A stretch of 64,000 nt of DNA from an uncultured Bacteroidales bacterium (GCA_949289215.1 CASENC010000038.1:22319-86318); one strand, 5' to 3'. Positions 43,295 through 55,526 are shown, counted from the stretch's first letter. Notes: generated from the letters alone by a model not told the origin. Numbers and translations are program-made.

Positions 43295-43777
43295 ATGATG
43301 ATTGACGACAGGTTGAAACTGAATGCCAAGAGCAAGTTTGCCATGTATATGGAAACTCAGAATATGCGCAAGACGCCCGAGCGGTTTGCCATATTGGAGA
43401 TGGCAATGTCGTTTGGCGAGCATTTCAGTGCCGACGAGCTATATCGCCGCATGGAAGAGGACTCGTACCACGTGAGCCGTGCGACGATTTACAACACGCT
43501 CGACCTGCTGACCGACTGCGGTATATTGCGCCGGCACCAGTTTGGCGGCAACCAGTCGCAATATGAATGTATGGCCGAGACGCTCAACCATCATCACTTG
43601 ATATGCACCGAATGTGGCAAAATCAAGGAAATAAAGGATACCGAGCTGATAAAATACATGAACACGAAGCGGTATCCGGCATTTACGGCGTCGTATTACG
43701 TGCTGTATATCTATGGCGTGTGCAATGCGTGCGCACGCAGGGCCAAACGCAAAATGAATACTAACAAAAAGATATAA
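43295..43777 (+). CDS. fur: Fur-family metalloregulator
   Basis: RKTPERFAILEM...SADELY...ISRATIYNTLDLL winged helix, HHHLICTECGK and VCNAC metal sites. Confidence 0.8.
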   Translation: MMIDDRLKLNAKSKFAMYMETQNMRKTPERFAILEMAMSFGEHFSADELYRRMEEDSYHVSRATIYNTLDLLTDCGILRRHQFGGNQSQYECMAETLNHHHLICTECGKIKEIKDTELIKYMNTKRYPAFTASYYVLYIYGVCNACARRAKRKMNTNKKI

Positions 43778-43790
43778 CACCATCAAGATT

Positions 43791-45062
43791 ATGAAAGTGG
43801 ATGTATTACTGGGCCTTCAATGGGGCGATGAAGGAAAAGGGAAGGTAGTGGACGTGTTGACGCCGCATTATGATGTGGTGGCTCGTTTCCAAGGCGGGCC
43901 AAATGCCGGCCATACCCTTGAATTTGAGGAAAAAAAATATGTGTTGCGCTCGATACCGTCGGGTATATTCCAGCATGGTCAGATAAACATAATAGGTAAC
44001 GGCGTGGTGCTCGACCCGGTATTGTTTATGGATGAGGCCGAGTCGCTTATGCACAGCGGCGTTGACTTGAAACACGTGTTGAAAATATCGAAAAAAGCAC
44101 ATTTGATAATGCCTACGCACCGTCTGCTCGATGCCGCATATGAGAAACTTAAAGGTGATGCAAAAATCGGCACCACGGGCAAAGGCATAGGCCCCACATA
44201 TACCGACAAGGTGAGCCGTAACGGATTGCGCATAGGGGATATATTTTGCAACTTCGACGAAAAGTACCGTATTGCCAAAAATCGCCATTTGAATTTGCTT
44301 AATGCACTGGGCGAGGCGGTTGACATTGCCGAGGCCGAGGCCAAGTGGCTCGGTGCCATAGAATACTTGAAGCAATACGACATAATCGACAGCGAATTTG
44401 TGGTAAACAAATACCTGTCCGAGGGAAAGAAAATATTGTGCGAGGGAGCACAAGGCAGCATGCTCGACGTGGATTTCGGTTCGTACCCCTTTGTCACCTC
44501 GTCCAATACCGTTTGCGCCGGTGCTTGTGCCGGGCTTGGCGTTGCCCCGAATAAAATAGGTGAGGTGTATGGCATATTCAAGGCATATTGCACCCGCGTG
44601 GGCAGCGGCCCGTTCCCTACCGAATTGCATGATGAAACAGGAGCGAAGATACGCGACATAGGACATGAATACGGGGCTGTCACAGGCCGCGAGCGCCGTT
44701 GCGGCTGGATCGACCTGGTGGCATTGCGTTACACCATAATGCTTAACGGGGTAACCCAGTTGATAATGATGAAGAGCGATGTGCTCGATGGTTTCGAGAC
44801 CGTGAAAGTGTGCAACGCTTACCGCGTGAACGGTGTGGAAACACGCGATTTCCCCTATGACATAGAGCATGGCATAGAACCCGTATATACCGAAATGGAA
44901 GGTTGGAACGTGGATATGACAAGCATCACTTCACCCGACCAGTTCCCACGGCAGTTCAAGGACTACATCAGTTACCTTGAAAAGGAATTGAATGTGCCAA
45001 TCACCATCATTTCGGTTGGCCCCGACAGGAAGCAGACTATAGATTTACGAAATAACCGATAA
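43791..45062 (+). CDS. purA: adenylosuccinate synthetase
   Basis: LLGLQWGDEGKGKVVD, GPNAGHT, TTGKGIGPTY, GAVTGRERRCGW. Confidence 0.95.
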   Translation: MKVDVLLGLQWGDEGKGKVVDVLTPHYDVVARFQGGPNAGHTLEFEEKKYVLRSIPSGIFQHGQINIIGNGVVLDPVLFMDEAESLMHSGVDLKHVLKISKKAHLIMPTHRLLDAAYEKLKGDAKIGTTGKGIGPTYTDKVSRNGLRIGDIFCNFDEKYRIAKNRHLNLLNALGEAVDIAEAEAKWLGAIEYLKQYDIIDSEFVVNKYLSEGKKILCEGAQGSMLDVDFGSYPFVTSSNTVCAGACAGLGVAPNKIGEVYGIFKAYCTRVGSGPFPTELHDETGAKIRDIGHEYGAVTGRERRCGWIDLVALRYTIMLNGVTQLIMMKSDVLDGFETVKVCNAYRVNGVETRDFPYDIEHGIEPVYTEMEGWNVDMTSITSPDQFPRQFKDYISYLEKELNVPITIISVGPDRKQTIDLRNNR

Positions 45063-45066
45063 GACT

Positions 45067-46314
45067 ATGGTAAAGGTAAAACCGTTCAAGGGTTTGCGCC
45101 CCCCAAGGGAGATTGTGGAGAAAGTGGCTGCACGCCCGTATGATGTGTTGAATTCGGCTGAGGCGCGAAAAGAAGCCGCCGGCAATGCGCAATCGTTATA
45201 TCACATCACCCGGCCTGAAATAGAGTTCCCCGAAGGAACCGATGAACATGACGGCGAGGTGTATAAGCGAGCAGTGGAAAATTTTGCCATGTTCCAGGAA
45301 AAAGGCTGGCTTGTGCAGGATGACAAGGAATGTTATTACCTGTATGCCCAGACGATGGGCGACCATAAGCAATATGGACTTGTGGTGGCATCGAATGTGA
45401 ACGATTACTTGGAAGGCCGCATAAAGAAACATGAATTGACACGGCACGACAAGGAGGAAGACCGCATGAAGCATATCCGCAACACACGTGCCAACATCGA
45501 ACCGGTGTTCTTTGCTTTCCATGACAACGAGGAATTGCAAAGCGTAATCGACAAGGTGTCTGCCGGGAAACCCGAATATGATTTCACGAGCGAAGACGGC
45601 ATAAGGCATGAACTGTGGGTGATAAGCGACGATGATACCATAGGCCGCATCACACGGGCGTTTGAGTCGCTTGGTGCATTGTATATCGCCGACGGGCACC
45701 ACCGCACGGCCGCTGCCGCCCTTGTGGGAGCCGAGATGGCACGCAACAACCCTGGTCATCGCGGTGACGAGGAGTATAATTATTTCCTTGCCGTATGTTT
45801 CCCCGAATCGCACCTTAAGATAATCGACTACAATCGCCTGGTAAAGGATTTGAACGGGCACAGCGAAGAGGAATTTATAACTTTGCTTGGCAAGCATTTC
45901 GACGTACAGCTCATGGGCAAGGAGATTTATCACCCGGCAGGGTTGCATAATTTTGCGATGTATGTGGGGGGCAATTGGTATTCGCTCACGGCTCATGCCG
46001 ATACCTACGACGACAACGACCCTATACTTTGCCTCGATGTTACGGTATCGTCGAAATATATACTTGACGAGATATTGGGCATAACCGATTTGCGGCGCGA
46101 CAAGCGCATTGATTTCGTCGGCGGCATTCGCGGCCTCGGCGAATTGCAGGCACGTGTCGATAGCGGCGAAATGGCCATGGCTTTGGCTCTTTATCCGGTG
46201 ACCATGCACCAGTTGCTGGCTATTGCCGACAGCGGCAATATAATGCCGCCAAAGACCACTTGGTTTGAGCCTAAATTGCGGTCGGGGCTTGTGATACATA
46301 AGTTGGAACAATAA
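45067..46314 (+). CDS. DUF1015 family protein
   Basis: VKPFKGLRPPREIVEKVAARPYDVL and ADGHHRTAAA are characteristic of DUF1015. Confidence 0.75.
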   Translation: MVKVKPFKGLRPPREIVEKVAARPYDVLNSAEARKEAAGNAQSLYHITRPEIEFPEGTDEHDGEVYKRAVENFAMFQEKGWLVQDDKECYYLYAQTMGDHKQYGLVVASNVNDYLEGRIKKHELTRHDKEEDRMKHIRNTRANIEPVFFAFHDNEELQSVIDKVSAGKPEYDFTSEDGIRHELWVISDDDTIGRITRAFESLGALYIADGHHRTAAAALVGAEMARNNPGHRGDEEYNYFLAVCFPESHLKIIDYNRLVKDLNGHSEEEFITLLGKHFDVQLMGKEIYHPAGLHNFAMYVGGNWYSLTAHADTYDDNDPILCLDVTVSSKYILDEILGITDLRRDKRIDFVGGIRGLGELQARVDSGEMAMALALYPVTMHQLLAIADSGNIMPPKTTWFEPKLRSGLVIHKLEQ

Positions 46315-46319
46315 ATTTA

Positions 46320-47678
46320 ATGAAGAAGTCATTATTTATCACTCTGATATTCCTGTTTGCGGCATTTCTTGAAGTTATGCCGCAACAGGTTTATTTTACA
46401 GGCGGCAGTCGTGCCGTGTTTGAAGAACAACCTGCCGCATCGACGGGGCTTGACTGCATATATGTGATATATGGCTGTGACGGCGTGTCGATGAATTACA
46501 GGCAAAACAACACGGGTGCCACTGTAACATGGTACGCCTATAATGAACGTGGCGGCGGATATGCCGAGGTGGTTTCGGGTGTGGAGCGTGTCGATAGCCG
46601 TGTGACTCGCTTGCCGCAAGTGATGCCCGATTGCGGATATATCATAGAGGAAGGAACCGACCGGACATATGTGTGGGTGATGGATTATGAGGATTATGCA
46701 CTGTCGTTAAGCGCCTTAGGTTTCGATTCACAGCGAGACTGCGGCACGACACGGATTTTTGTCGATGGCAGTGGCCGTGAAATGACTTATTATACCATAA
46801 ACGGTGTGCCGCAACAGCTTGACCGAGGGTTGACATTGGCTTACCGCACTCTTGAATGGAACGATGAAAACATGGCGTGGGAAGAGACCGAGGTCGAGGA
46901 AAATATAGAAACATTCGGCACGGCCATAGCTGTGCCGGCACCGTATTGCAATACCGAGTTCACGTTGCATGGCGATAGGTTCTTGCGCTTTTGGGGAATG
47001 GAAGAAAGCGTGACGAGCAGCACCTATGTGACGAGTGCAGTCGCCGTTGAAACCACGGCGGTACAGGAAGAGCGCGATGTGGCCAATGAAAAAGGTTCGG
47101 GCGAAGAAGATGGTTCCACTATGGGCGGTTCGGCTCCGGTGACAATAACGTTCACAGCTTACTGCACCGATGCAATGATGCACAACGAGTGGCAGATGTC
47201 GCGCGACCAGGAATTTAACAACATAGAAAGCCGTTTCAACCAACCGGAAATTACTCAAACGTTTAACGAAGGCGGAACATTTTATTTCAGGTTTTATGGT
47301 GCCGACGGCTCGGGCGAGTGTGAAGCGATAGGGGAGACATATACTGTATTCATAGGCGAATCGAGCCTTGAATGCCCTAATGCGTTTTCACCGCAAGCGA
47401 GTGAAGGCATCAATGACGAGTGGCGAGTGTCGTACCGCTCGATTGTGGAGTTCCATTGTTGGATTTTCAATCGTTGGGGCGTTAAAATTTGCGAGCTGAA
47501 TAGCCCCGACCAAGGATGGGATGGAAAATACAAAGGGAAATATGTGAAGACAGGAACATATTTCTATGTGATAGAGGCTCGCGGTGCCGACGGCGTGGAA
47601 TATAAACTGAAGGGCGACATAAACATATTGAATTACACCGGTACCGGTCGCAGCAGTTCGGGCGGCATGACCGAATAG
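46320..47678 (+). CDS. secreted protein with a T9SS type-B (gliding-motility-associated) C-terminal sorting domain
   Basis: Signal peptide. C-terminal PNAFSPQASEGINDEWRV...FNRWGVKICE...GWDGKYKGKYVKTGTYFYVIEA. Confidence 0.7.
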   Translation: MKKSLFITLIFLFAAFLEVMPQQVYFTGGSRAVFEEQPAASTGLDCIYVIYGCDGVSMNYRQNNTGATVTWYAYNERGGGYAEVVSGVERVDSRVTRLPQVMPDCGYIIEEGTDRTYVWVMDYEDYALSLSALGFDSQRDCGTTRIFVDGSGREMTYYTINGVPQQLDRGLTLAYRTLEWNDENMAWEETEVEENIETFGTAIAVPAPYCNTEFTLHGDRFLRFWGMEESVTSSTYVTSAVAVETTAVQEERDVANEKGSGEEDGSTMGGSAPVTITFTAYCTDAMMHNEWQMSRDQEFNNIESRFNQPEITQTFNEGGTFYFRFYGADGSGECEAIGETYTVFIGESSLECPNAFSPQASEGINDEWRVSYRSIVEFHCWIFNRWGVKICELNSPDQGWDGKYKGKYVKTGTYFYVIEARGADGVEYKLKGDINILNYTGTGRSSSGGMTE

Positions 47679-47694
47679 GAGAAAAAGCACGAGG

Positions 47695-48651
47695 ATGAAA
47701 AAGATATTTTTGGCGTTGATGTTGCTTGTGGCGGCATCGTGTGTGGCATTGAAGGCCGAAGACAAACAGAACTTCGGGCCGTTTATAATCGGACTTCACC
47801 CCATTTCGGCAAATCCCGATGTGCCGATGGCTGTGATGATTGCCGGAGAACAGGTGTTGCTCGACCGCATAGACATGTATGAACGGCTCGACCGTGAAAT
47901 GACGCAAATCATTTACGGACACAGCAATTTGTTCCTTTCGATAAAAAGGGCCAACAGGTATTTTCCGGTGATAGTGCCTATATTGAAAAAGAATGGTGTG
48001 CCCGAAGATTTTGCTTACCTTGCCGTGGTGGAAAGTTACTTGAGCCCCACGGCTCGTTCTTATGCCGGGGCAGTGGGAATGTGGCAGTTTATGAAAGGCA
48101 CGGCCAAGCAATACGGACTTATTGTGAACGATGAGGTGGACGAACGTTATGATCCGGAGAAATCGACCGAGGCCGCTTGCCGCTATTTGAAAGATGCATA
48201 TGCAAAATATAAGCACTGGCCCACTGTGGCAGCTTCTTACAATGCAGGCATGGGGCGCATATCGAAGGAGCTGGAGCGGCAGTTTGCCGAAAATTCGTTT
48301 GATTTGTATCTGAATGAGGAAACTTCGCGGTATGTGTTTCGCTTCATTGCCATGAAGTTGATAATTGACCAACCCAAAAAGTATGGTTTTTTCATCACCA
48401 AGCGGCAGTTGTACCAACCGGTGAAATATACCGAGGTTAAGGTATCGGGTGGTGTGGCAAGTTGGAGCGAATGGGCGCAAAAGCATGGAACTACCTATTC
48501 GCAGTTGCGGGACATGAACCCGTGGATAAGATCGTCGAAACTTGTCAACAGGGAGCGGCGCACATATACGGTGAAGATACCTGTGCAAGACAGCCTGTAT
48601 CGCAGCAAGATGACTTATAGCGTGTATAACCCAAACTGGATTGTCGATTAA
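47695..48651 (+). CDS. lytic transglycosylase (SLT/MltD-like) domain protein
   Basis: [25 protein letters not shown] and [10 protein letters not shown]. Confidence 0.8.
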   Translation: MKKIFLALMLLVAASCVALKAEDKQNFGPFIIGLHPISANPDVPMAVMIAGEQVLLDRIDMYERLDREMTQIIYGHSNLFLSIKRANRYFPVIVPILKKNGVPEDFAYLAVVESYLSPTARSYAGAVGMWQFMKGTAKQYGLIVNDEVDERYDPEKSTEAACRYLKDAYAKYKHWPTVAASYNAGMGRISKELERQFAENSFDLYLNEETSRYVFRFIAMKLIIDQPKKYGFFITKRQLYQPVKYTEVKVSGGVASWSEWAQKHGTTYSQLRDMNPWIRSSKLVNRERRTYTVKIPVQDSLYRSKMTYSVYNPNWIVD

Positions 48652-48660
48652 CAAAGAACG

Positions 48661-51516
48661 ATGGAGCTTAACGGAAAAGAAACAGATTGCGTGTCGGTGC
48701 TGGGCGCACGTGTGCACAATCTGAAAAACATAGATGTTGACATACCCCACGACAAGTTGACCGTGATAACCGGTCTTAGCGGCAGCGGCAAGTCGTCGCT
48801 TGCATTCGACACGATTTTTGCCGAGGGGCAGCGTCGTTATGTCGAGACGTTCTCGGCATATGCCCGCAATATGCTCGGGCTGCTTGAACGTCCCGATGTG
48901 GATAAGATTACCGGCCTTAGCCCGGTGATTTCGATAGAGCAAAAGACGGTAAACAAAAATCCGCGCAGTACCATAGGTACCACAACCGAGATTTATGATT
49001 TTTTGCGATTGCTATATGCCCGTGTGGCCGATGCTTATTCATATGTTTCGGGCGAGAAGATGGTGAAATTTACCGTCGAGAAAATCATCAACATGATTTT
49101 GCAGAAATACGTCGGGCATCGCATATTTATTTTGTCGCCGCTTGTGAAGAACCGCAAAGGGCATTACAAGGAACTGTTTGAACAGTTGCGCAAGAAAGGT
49201 TACCTGACGGTGCGTGTCGATGGACAGCTTACCGAGATAAAATACGGTATGAAAGTCGATCGATACAAGAACCATAGCATCGAGCTTGTGATTGACAAAT
49301 TGCGTGCCGACGAAAAACAAGTGGAACGGCTTAAAGCATCGATAGATACCGCATTCAAGCAAGGTGACGGGCAATTGATGATACTTGATGCCGATGATGG
49401 TAATAGTATAGGGCATTACAGCCGCAAACTTATGGACCCTGCGACAGGACTGTCGTATGCCGAGCCTGCACCGCACAACTTCTCGTTCAATTCGCCGCAA
49501 GGAGCTTGCCGCAAGTGTAAAGGACTTGGCTACGTGAATATTATCGACCGTGGCAAGATAATGCCTAATGCCGACTTGTCGATACACGAGGGTGGTATAT
49601 TGCCGCTTGGAAAATATAAAAACTCCCTTATATTCTGGCAAATATCGGCAATATGCGAGAAATACGGAGTTACCATCAAAACGCCCATCAAAGAATTGCC
49701 CGAGGAAGCCATCGATGACATAATGAATGGAACCGACGAGCATCTTGATATAAAGAATGAAACACTTAGCACATCAAACTATTTCTTACGTTATGATGGC
49801 TTGGTGAAATATATCGAGATGCAGCAGTCGGATGAGGCAACATCACAGGCACAGAAGTGGGCAGGCCAATTCTTTTCACGTGTCACTTGTCCGGAGTGTC
49901 ACGGAGCACGGCTTAACAAGGAGGCATTGCATTATTATATAGGGGGTAAAAACATAGCCGACCTTTCGGCGATGGATATATCGGAACTCAGGGATTGGAT
50001 GGGGAATATAAAGGATTGTTTCACCCCGAAGCAATGGAATATAGCCCGGGAAATAGTGAAAGAGATTAGCGGACGGTTGAATTTCCTGGTTGATGTAGGA
50101 CTTAACTATTTGGCTCTTAACCGTAATTCAGCGACATTGTCGGGCGGCGAGAGCCAACGCATAAGGCTCGCCACGCAGATAGGTTCACAACTGGTGAATG
50201 TGCTTTATATCCTTGATGAGCCAAGCATAGGATTGCACCAACGCGATAATGTGCGGCTTATTAACTCGTTGAAGAAGTTGCGTGATGCCGGAAACACCGT
50301 TATTGTAGTCGAGCATGACCGCGACATGATGTTGCAGGCCGATTATATTGTCGATATAGGGCCAAAGGCCGGCCGCAAGGGCGGGCAAGTGGTCTTTGCC
50401 GGAACGCCTGGGCAAATGCTTGAAAGTGATACCATAACCGCACAGTATCTTAACGGGCAACGTGAAATAGCGGTGCCTGTCGAGCGAAGAAAGGGTAACG
50501 GCAAGTTCCTTGAACTTAAAGGGTGCAAAGGTAACAACCTGAAAGGAATAGATGTAAAAATTCCGCTTGGTGTGTTTGTATGCGTAACCGGAGTGTCGGG
50601 CAGCGGCAAGTCTTCACTGATTAACGGTACACTCCAGCCAATATTGAGCCAACGGTTTTATAAATCGTCGCAAGAGCCGTTGCCATACGGGGAGATTTCC
50701 GGTATCGAGAATATCGACAAGGTTGTAACCGTCGATCAGTCGCCACTTGGGCGCACTCCGCGTTCCAATCCTGCTACTTATACCGGGGTGTTTGCCGATA
50801 TCCGGAACTTGTTTGTCAACTTGCCCGAAGCTAAAATCCGCGGGTACAAGGCCGGGCGTTTTTCGTTCAACGTGAGCGGTGGACGTTGTGAGGAATGTAA
50901 GGGTAACGGTTATAAGGCCATAGAAATGAACTTTCTGCCCGACGTGCTTGTGCCGTGCGAGGCGTGTGGCGGTAAGCGTTACAACCGTGAGACGCTTGAG
51001 GTGCGTTTCAAGGGCAAGTCGATTGCCGATGTGCTCGACATGACTATCAATCAGGCTGTGGAATTTTTTGATTCAATACCGTCGATATTGTCGAAAATCA
51101 AGGTGCTGCAAGAAGTGGGGATGGGCTATATAAAGCTCGGACAGCCTTCAAGCACATTGTCGGGCGGGGAGAGCCAGCGTGTGAAACTTGCAGCCGAATT
51201 GTCGAAGAAGGATACCGGCCGCACGATGTATATACTTGACGAGCCTACCACAGGGTTACATTTCGAGGATATAAAAGTGCTGCTTGAGGTGCTTAACCGC
51301 CTTGTCGAGAAAGGTAACACGGTTATAGTGATTGAGCATAATATGGATATAATAAAGAATGCCGATTATATCATCGACCTCGGCCCCGAAGGCGGTAATG
51401 CCGGCGGACGAGTGGTAGCTACCGGAACGCCCGAAGAAGTGGCAACAGATGAGCAATCGCTGACAGCGCAATTCCTTAAAGAAGAATTGAACCGACATGG
51501 AACGGAATGTGCCTGA
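48661..51516 (+). CDS. uvrA: excinuclease ABC subunit A
   Basis: [46 protein letters not shown], two ABC modules and zinc-finger cysteines. Confidence 0.95.
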   Translation: MELNGKETDCVSVLGARVHNLKNIDVDIPHDKLTVITGLSGSGKSSLAFDTIFAEGQRRYVETFSAYARNMLGLLERPDVDKITGLSPVISIEQKTVNKNPRSTIGTTTEIYDFLRLLYARVADAYSYVSGEKMVKFTVEKIINMILQKYVGHRIFILSPLVKNRKGHYKELFEQLRKKGYLTVRVDGQLTEIKYGMKVDRYKNHSIELVIDKLRADEKQVERLKASIDTAFKQGDGQLMILDADDGNSIGHYSRKLMDPATGLSYAEPAPHNFSFNSPQGACRKCKGLGYVNIIDRGKIMPNADLSIHEGGILPLGKYKNSLIFWQISAICEKYGVTIKTPIKELPEEAIDDIMNGTDEHLDIKNETLSTSNYFLRYDGLVKYIEMQQSDEATSQAQKWAGQFFSRVTCPECHGARLNKEALHYYIGGKNIADLSAMDISELRDWMGNIKDCFTPKQWNIAREIVKEISGRLNFLVDVGLNYLALNRNSATLSGGESQRIRLATQIGSQLVNVLYILDEPSIGLHQRDNVRLINSLKKLRDAGNTVIVVEHDRDMMLQADYIVDIGPKAGRKGGQVVFAGTPGQMLESDTITAQYLNGQREIAVPVERRKGNGKFLELKGCKGNNLKGIDVKIPLGVFVCVTGVSGSGKSSLINGTLQPILSQRFYKSSQEPLPYGEISGIENIDKVVTVDQSPLGRTPRSNPATYTGVFADIRNLFVNLPEAKIRGYKAGRFSFNVSGGRCEECKGNGYKAIEMNFLPDVLVPCEACGGKRYNRETLEVRFKGKSIADVLDMTINQAVEFFDSIPSILSKIKVLQEVGMGYIKLGQPSSTLSGGESQRVKLAAELSKKDTGRTMYILDEPTTGLHFEDIKVLLEVLNRLVEKGNTVIVIEHNMDIIKNADYIIDLGPEGGNAGGRVVATGTPEEVATDEQSLTAQFLKEELNRHGTECA

Positions 51517-53509
51517 CATAGACTTCGACAATCCCGACTTCATCACTGCCATCGACATGGTTAATAATACCAACCGGTCGATATTCCTCACAGGAAAGGC
51601 GGGGAGCGGGAAAAGTACGCTGTTGAAGTATATATGCGAAACCACGCGGAAAAAATATATTGTGCTTGCGCCCACCGGCATTGCCGCAGTGAATGTGGGC
51701 GGAATGACGATGCACTCGTTCTTCAAGATGCCGTTGAAGCCGCTGTTGCCCGATGATCCCGATTATTCTCCGCGCAACATAAAGGACACATTGAAATATT
51801 CGCGCGATAAAATCAAGATAATCAAAAATCTCGACCTGATAATAATAGATGAAATCTCGATGGTGCGAGCCGACATGATTGATTTCATGGACAGGGTTTT
51901 GCGCTATTATTCGGGTAATAATCGCGAGCCGTTTGGCGGCAAGCAATTGCTGCTGGTGGGTGATATTTTCCAACTTGAACCGGTGATTAAAAGTGATTTT
52001 CGCGAGATATTGCGACGATATTATAGTAATTTCTTCTTTTTCAATGCCATGGCATTTTCGCGCATAAAACTTGTGTCGATAGAATTGCGCAAGACTTACA
52101 GGCAAAAAGACGCACGTTTTGTGGAGTTGCTCGACCGGGTGCGCGAGAACAAGGCTACCGCCGATGATTTGAATAAAATAAACAGCCGTTGCAATCGAGG
52201 CGAAAAAATAGATGGCGGGAAATTTGTGATGACGCTTGCCACACGTCGCGACACAGTGGATTACATAAATGACCGCAAACTTGATGAACTGCCGACCGAA
52301 TCGCATAACTTTGAAGGCGAGATTGAAGGTACGTGGCCCGAGTCGATATTGCCCACATCGTTGAATTTGACCCTGAAAGAGGGTGCGCAGGTGGTGTTCA
52401 TACGCAACGACAAGGAACGCCGATGGTATAACGGTACCATTGCACGAATAGCCCGTATAGACAATGAGGAGATAACCGTGGAACTTGAAGACGGCGAGCA
52501 TTATGTGCTCGACCGTGACCAATGGGAAAATGTGCAATATGAATATGACGACAAGGAAAAGCGCATTAAGGAGACGGTGCTCGGCACATTCAGGCAGTAT
52601 CCCATAAAGCTTGCATGGGCTATGACCATACACAAGAGCCAGGGCCTGACTTTCAACCGGGTGATAATCGACATGGAAGGTGGTGCATTTTCATGCGGGC
52701 AAACTTATGTGGCACTTTCGCGCAGTACTGCGCTCGAAGGCATAACGCTTAAAAATCCCATCACATATCGCGATATTTTTGTAAATCCCGCAGTGATTGA
52801 ATTCAGTAAGCATTTTAATGATGCCATGCTCATTAGTGAAGCCAAACGCGATTATATGGTGCGCAATTTGATGAGTGCGGCCAACAAGGCTTTTGATGCT
52901 TTTGATTTCAAGACGTGTGTGGAAAATTTTGCCGAGGCTGTCGATTTGCAAGGTAACTTCGGTGGTGCCACGGTGTGCCGTTTTGTTAGGTATAAACTTA
53001 GGGCTTATTCAAGGCTCAAGAGGCAAATCGATGAAAAGCAGGCCGTCATTGACAAGCAAAACGAGGTGTTGAGGAACCTTGCAATGGAATATGTATTCAT
53101 GGGCAAGGAATCGTTGACTATGGCCGATGACAATGACATGGCAGTGAATGCAGCAATTGCCAACTTTGACAAAGCCATCAGGATTTATCCCGATTGTGTT
53201 GACGCCATGATGGAGAAAGCAATGTTACTGACAAAGCTAAACCGTGTGGATGAAGTTGAGGTATTGCTCAAGAAAGTTCTGAAACTTGACAAGAACAACT
53301 CGGCGGCAAATTACGGATTGGGATTGATATATAAGAACAAAAATAAATTGGCAAACGCATTGAAATATATGCGTATTGCATTGAAAGCTGCTCCAACTGT
53401 GCCACATATACATAACCAACTTGCTGCAATATATGAGAAGATAGGCCTTGACGACAAGGCTGAGGAACATCGTGAACTTGCCCGCCGTTTCAGTCGCAAA
53501 AAGAAATAG
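51497..53509 (+). CDS. Pif1/RecD-like SF1 helicase with C-terminal TPR repeats
   Basis: LTGKAGSGKSTLL, VLAPTGIAAVNVGGMTMHSFF, IIDEISMV, TIHKSQGLTF. The C-terminal repeats look like TPR (ANYGLGLIYKNKNKLANALKYMRIAL). Confidence 0.8.
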   Translation: MERNVPDIDFDNPDFITAIDMVNNTNRSIFLTGKAGSGKSTLLKYICETTRKKYIVLAPTGIAAVNVGGMTMHSFFKMPLKPLLPDDPDYSPRNIKDTLKYSRDKIKIIKNLDLIIIDEISMVRADMIDFMDRVLRYYSGNNREPFGGKQLLLVGDIFQLEPVIKSDFREILRRYYSNFFFFNAMAFSRIKLVSIELRKTYRQKDARFVELLDRVRENKATADDLNKINSRCNRGEKIDGGKFVMTLATRRDTVDYINDRKLDELPTESHNFEGEIEGTWPESILPTSLNLTLKEGAQVVFIRNDKERRWYNGTIARIARIDNEEITVELEDGEHYVLDRDQWENVQYEYDDKEKRIKETVLGTFRQYPIKLAWAMTIHKSQGLTFNRVIIDMEGGAFSCGQTYVALSRSTALEGITLKNPITYRDIFVNPAVIEFSKHFNDAMLISEAKRDYMVRNLMSAANKAFDAFDFKTCVENFAEAVDLQGNFGGATVCRFVRYKLRAYSRLKRQIDEKQAVIDKQNEVLRNLAMEYVFMGKESLTMADDNDMAVNAAIANFDKAIRIYPDCVDAMMEKAMLLTKLNRVDEVEVLLKKVLKLDKNNSAANYGLGLIYKNKNKLANALKYMRIALKAAPTVPHIHNQLAAIYEKIGLDDKAEEHRELARRFSRKKK

Positions 53510-53762
53510 CTAATGTGGGTGTGACGGTAAAATCGGGTGACAATTATCGTCGGTATGCTTTGCTCGATGCCGCGGTTGAGATATTCGGTGATAAAATAGG
53601 TCGGGTCGTAGTTTTCAGTAAATTTAATGTAGGCCGGGTCGGACGCGTTATATATTATCCGCTTTAGATGACTATGTTTCTTTAGCCCTCTTATTCTACT
53701 TCACGTAAAGTTTTTTCCTGATTGTTTTTTTGCTTGATGTATAGAAAAAACTAACCGGTTAT

Positions 53763-53793
53763 TTTGTGCGGTGGGGGAATTGTTGTAACTTTG
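53763..53793 (+). promoter_or_regulatory. Bacteroides-type promoter (TTTG 53763-53766; TAACTTTG 53786-53793) for the hut operon
   Basis: Both boxes are exact, with a 19-nt spacer. The -7 box lies 27 nt upstream of the ATG at 53821. Confidence 0.55.
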
Positions 53794-53820
53794 AATAAAA
53801 ACCGGATAGATTGTTTTTAT

Positions 53821-55524
53821 ATGGAAAGGCAGATTGTGGAATGCGTGCCTAATTTCAGCGAAGGGCGCGACAAAAAAGTTATAAAACAGATAACCGACGT
53901 GATAGAGGCTGTGGATGGCGTGCGCCTGCTTGATGTGGATCCGGGCGAGGCGACCAACCGCACGGTAGTGACATTTGTGGGATCGCCCGAGGCTGTGGCA
54001 GAGGCTGCTTTCAGGGCAGTGGAGAAAGCCGGGGAAGTGATAGACATGAGGCAGCACCATGGAGCGCATCCGCGTATAGGTGCCACCGATGTGCTTCCAA
54101 TTGTGCCGGTGAGCGGAATCACGCTTGAGGAATGTGCCGAGATAGCCCGAAAACTTGCCAAGCGTATTGCCGATGAACTTGCCATACCATGCTATTGCTA
54201 CGAGGAGGCTGCCTTCAAGCCCGAGCGTCGCAACCTTGCTGTGTGCCGAAAGGGTGAATATGAGGCCATAGCCGAACGTATCACCGACCCTGCCGAAGCT
54301 CCGGATTTCGGGGCAAGGCCGATGGACGAACGCATTGCGCGGACCGGTTGCACGGTGGTCGGTGCGAGGGATTTTCTTATAGCCGTGAATTTTAATTTAA
54401 ATACCACATCCACCCGTCGAGCCAATGCTGTGGCATTTGATGTGCGAGAGAAAGGACGTCCCGAGCGTGAGGGCAACCCCATAACCGGCAAGATAAAGCT
54501 TGACGCCGAGGGGCGGAAAATCATGCGTCCCGGTACATTGAAAGCGACCAAGGCTATAGGGTGGTATATCGAGGAATATGGCATTGCGCAAGTGTCGATG
54601 AATATAACCAATATAGGTGTTACGCCGCTGCACAAGGCTTTTGATGAGGTGTGCCGTTGTGCCGCCTTGCGTGGCTTGCGTGTCACCGGAACCGAAATTG
54701 TGGGGCTTGTTCCCGAGCGTACCCTGCTCGATGCCGGGCGGCACTATTTGCGTTTGCAGCACCGTTCTACGGGGATACCCAAGGAAGATATAATAAAAAT
54801 AGCCGTGAAGTCATTGGGGCTTGACGATTTGCGACCTTTCGATTCGCAGGAAAAGGTGATTGAATATTTGCTTGATGCCGACAATGCCTCGGAAAGGCGG
54901 TTGACGGCAATGCCTGTGAAAGATTTTGCCGATGAAACGGCTCGCGAGTCACCTGCCCCGGGTGGAGGTTCGGTATCGGCATATATGGGCGCACTTGGTG
55001 CCGCTCTCGGCACGATGGTTGCCAACCTGTCGGCGCATAAAGCCGGGTGGGATGACCGTTGGGAAGAATTCAGCAACGTGGCCGACAAAGGGATGCGGTT
55101 GCAGGAGGCCTTGTTGCATCTTGTCGATGAAGATACCGATGCGTTTAACGGAATAATGAATGCGCTCTCGATGCCTAAGGGCAGCGATGAAGAGAAAAGG
55201 CTTAGGGCCGAAGCACTGGAGGCGGCCACATTGACGGCTGCACGGGTGCCGCTTGAAACCATGCGCCGAGCCTGTGAAGTGTTTGCAATATGTCGGGAAA
55301 TGGCTGTCAATGGTAATCCGGCCAGTGCCAGCGATGCTGGAGTGGGGGCGCTTGCTGCCCGCAGTGCCGTGCTTGGTGCCGGATTGAATGTGAAGATTAA
55401 CGCTGCCGGTCTTGCCGACAAGGAGCAGGCTGCCGAATTGGTCGCCGAGGCCAATCGTCTTGCTGCAGAAGCCATAAAGGCCGAGGCCGAAGTGTTGGAT
55501 ATTGTAAATGAAAAAATCAAATAA
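53821..55524 (+). CDS. ftcD: bifunctional glutamate formimidoyltransferase / formimidoyl-THF cyclodeaminase
   Basis: ECVPNFSEGRD N-terminus, with a C-terminal helical cyclodeaminase-like domain. Confidence 0.85.
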   Translation: MERQIVECVPNFSEGRDKKVIKQITDVIEAVDGVRLLDVDPGEATNRTVVTFVGSPEAVAEAAFRAVEKAGEVIDMRQHHGAHPRIGATDVLPIVPVSGITLEECAEIARKLAKRIADELAIPCYCYEEAAFKPERRNLAVCRKGEYEAIAERITDPAEAPDFGARPMDERIARTGCTVVGARDFLIAVNFNLNTTSTRRANAVAFDVREKGRPEREGNPITGKIKLDAEGRKIMRPGTLKATKAIGWYIEEYGIAQVSMNITNIGVTPLHKAFDEVCRCAALRGLRVTGTEIVGLVPERTLLDAGRHYLRLQHRSTGIPKEDIIKIAVKSLGLDDLRPFDSQEKVIEYLLDADNASERRLTAMPVKDFADETARESPAPGGGSVSAYMGALGAALGTMVANLSAHKAGWDDRWEEFSNVADKGMRLQEALLHLVDEDTDAFNGIMNALSMPKGSDEEKRLRAEALEAATLTAARVPLETMRRACEVFAICREMAVNGNPASASDAGVGALAARSAVLGAGLNVKINAAGLADKEQAAELVAEANRLAAEAIKAEAEVLDIVNEKIK

Positions 55525-55526
55525 AT

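Noticed and set aside
53511-53700. Stop-free minus-strand stretch reading ...IIYNASDPAYIKFTENYDPTYFITEYLNRGIEQSIPTIIVTRFY... in the helicase-ftcD intergenic region, possibly a gene remnant.
   Set aside because: There is no ATG/GTG/TTG start within the intergenic part. The frame simply runs into the antisense of the helicase gene, and no family was recognised. It could be a relic, but this cannot be supported from the sequence alone.
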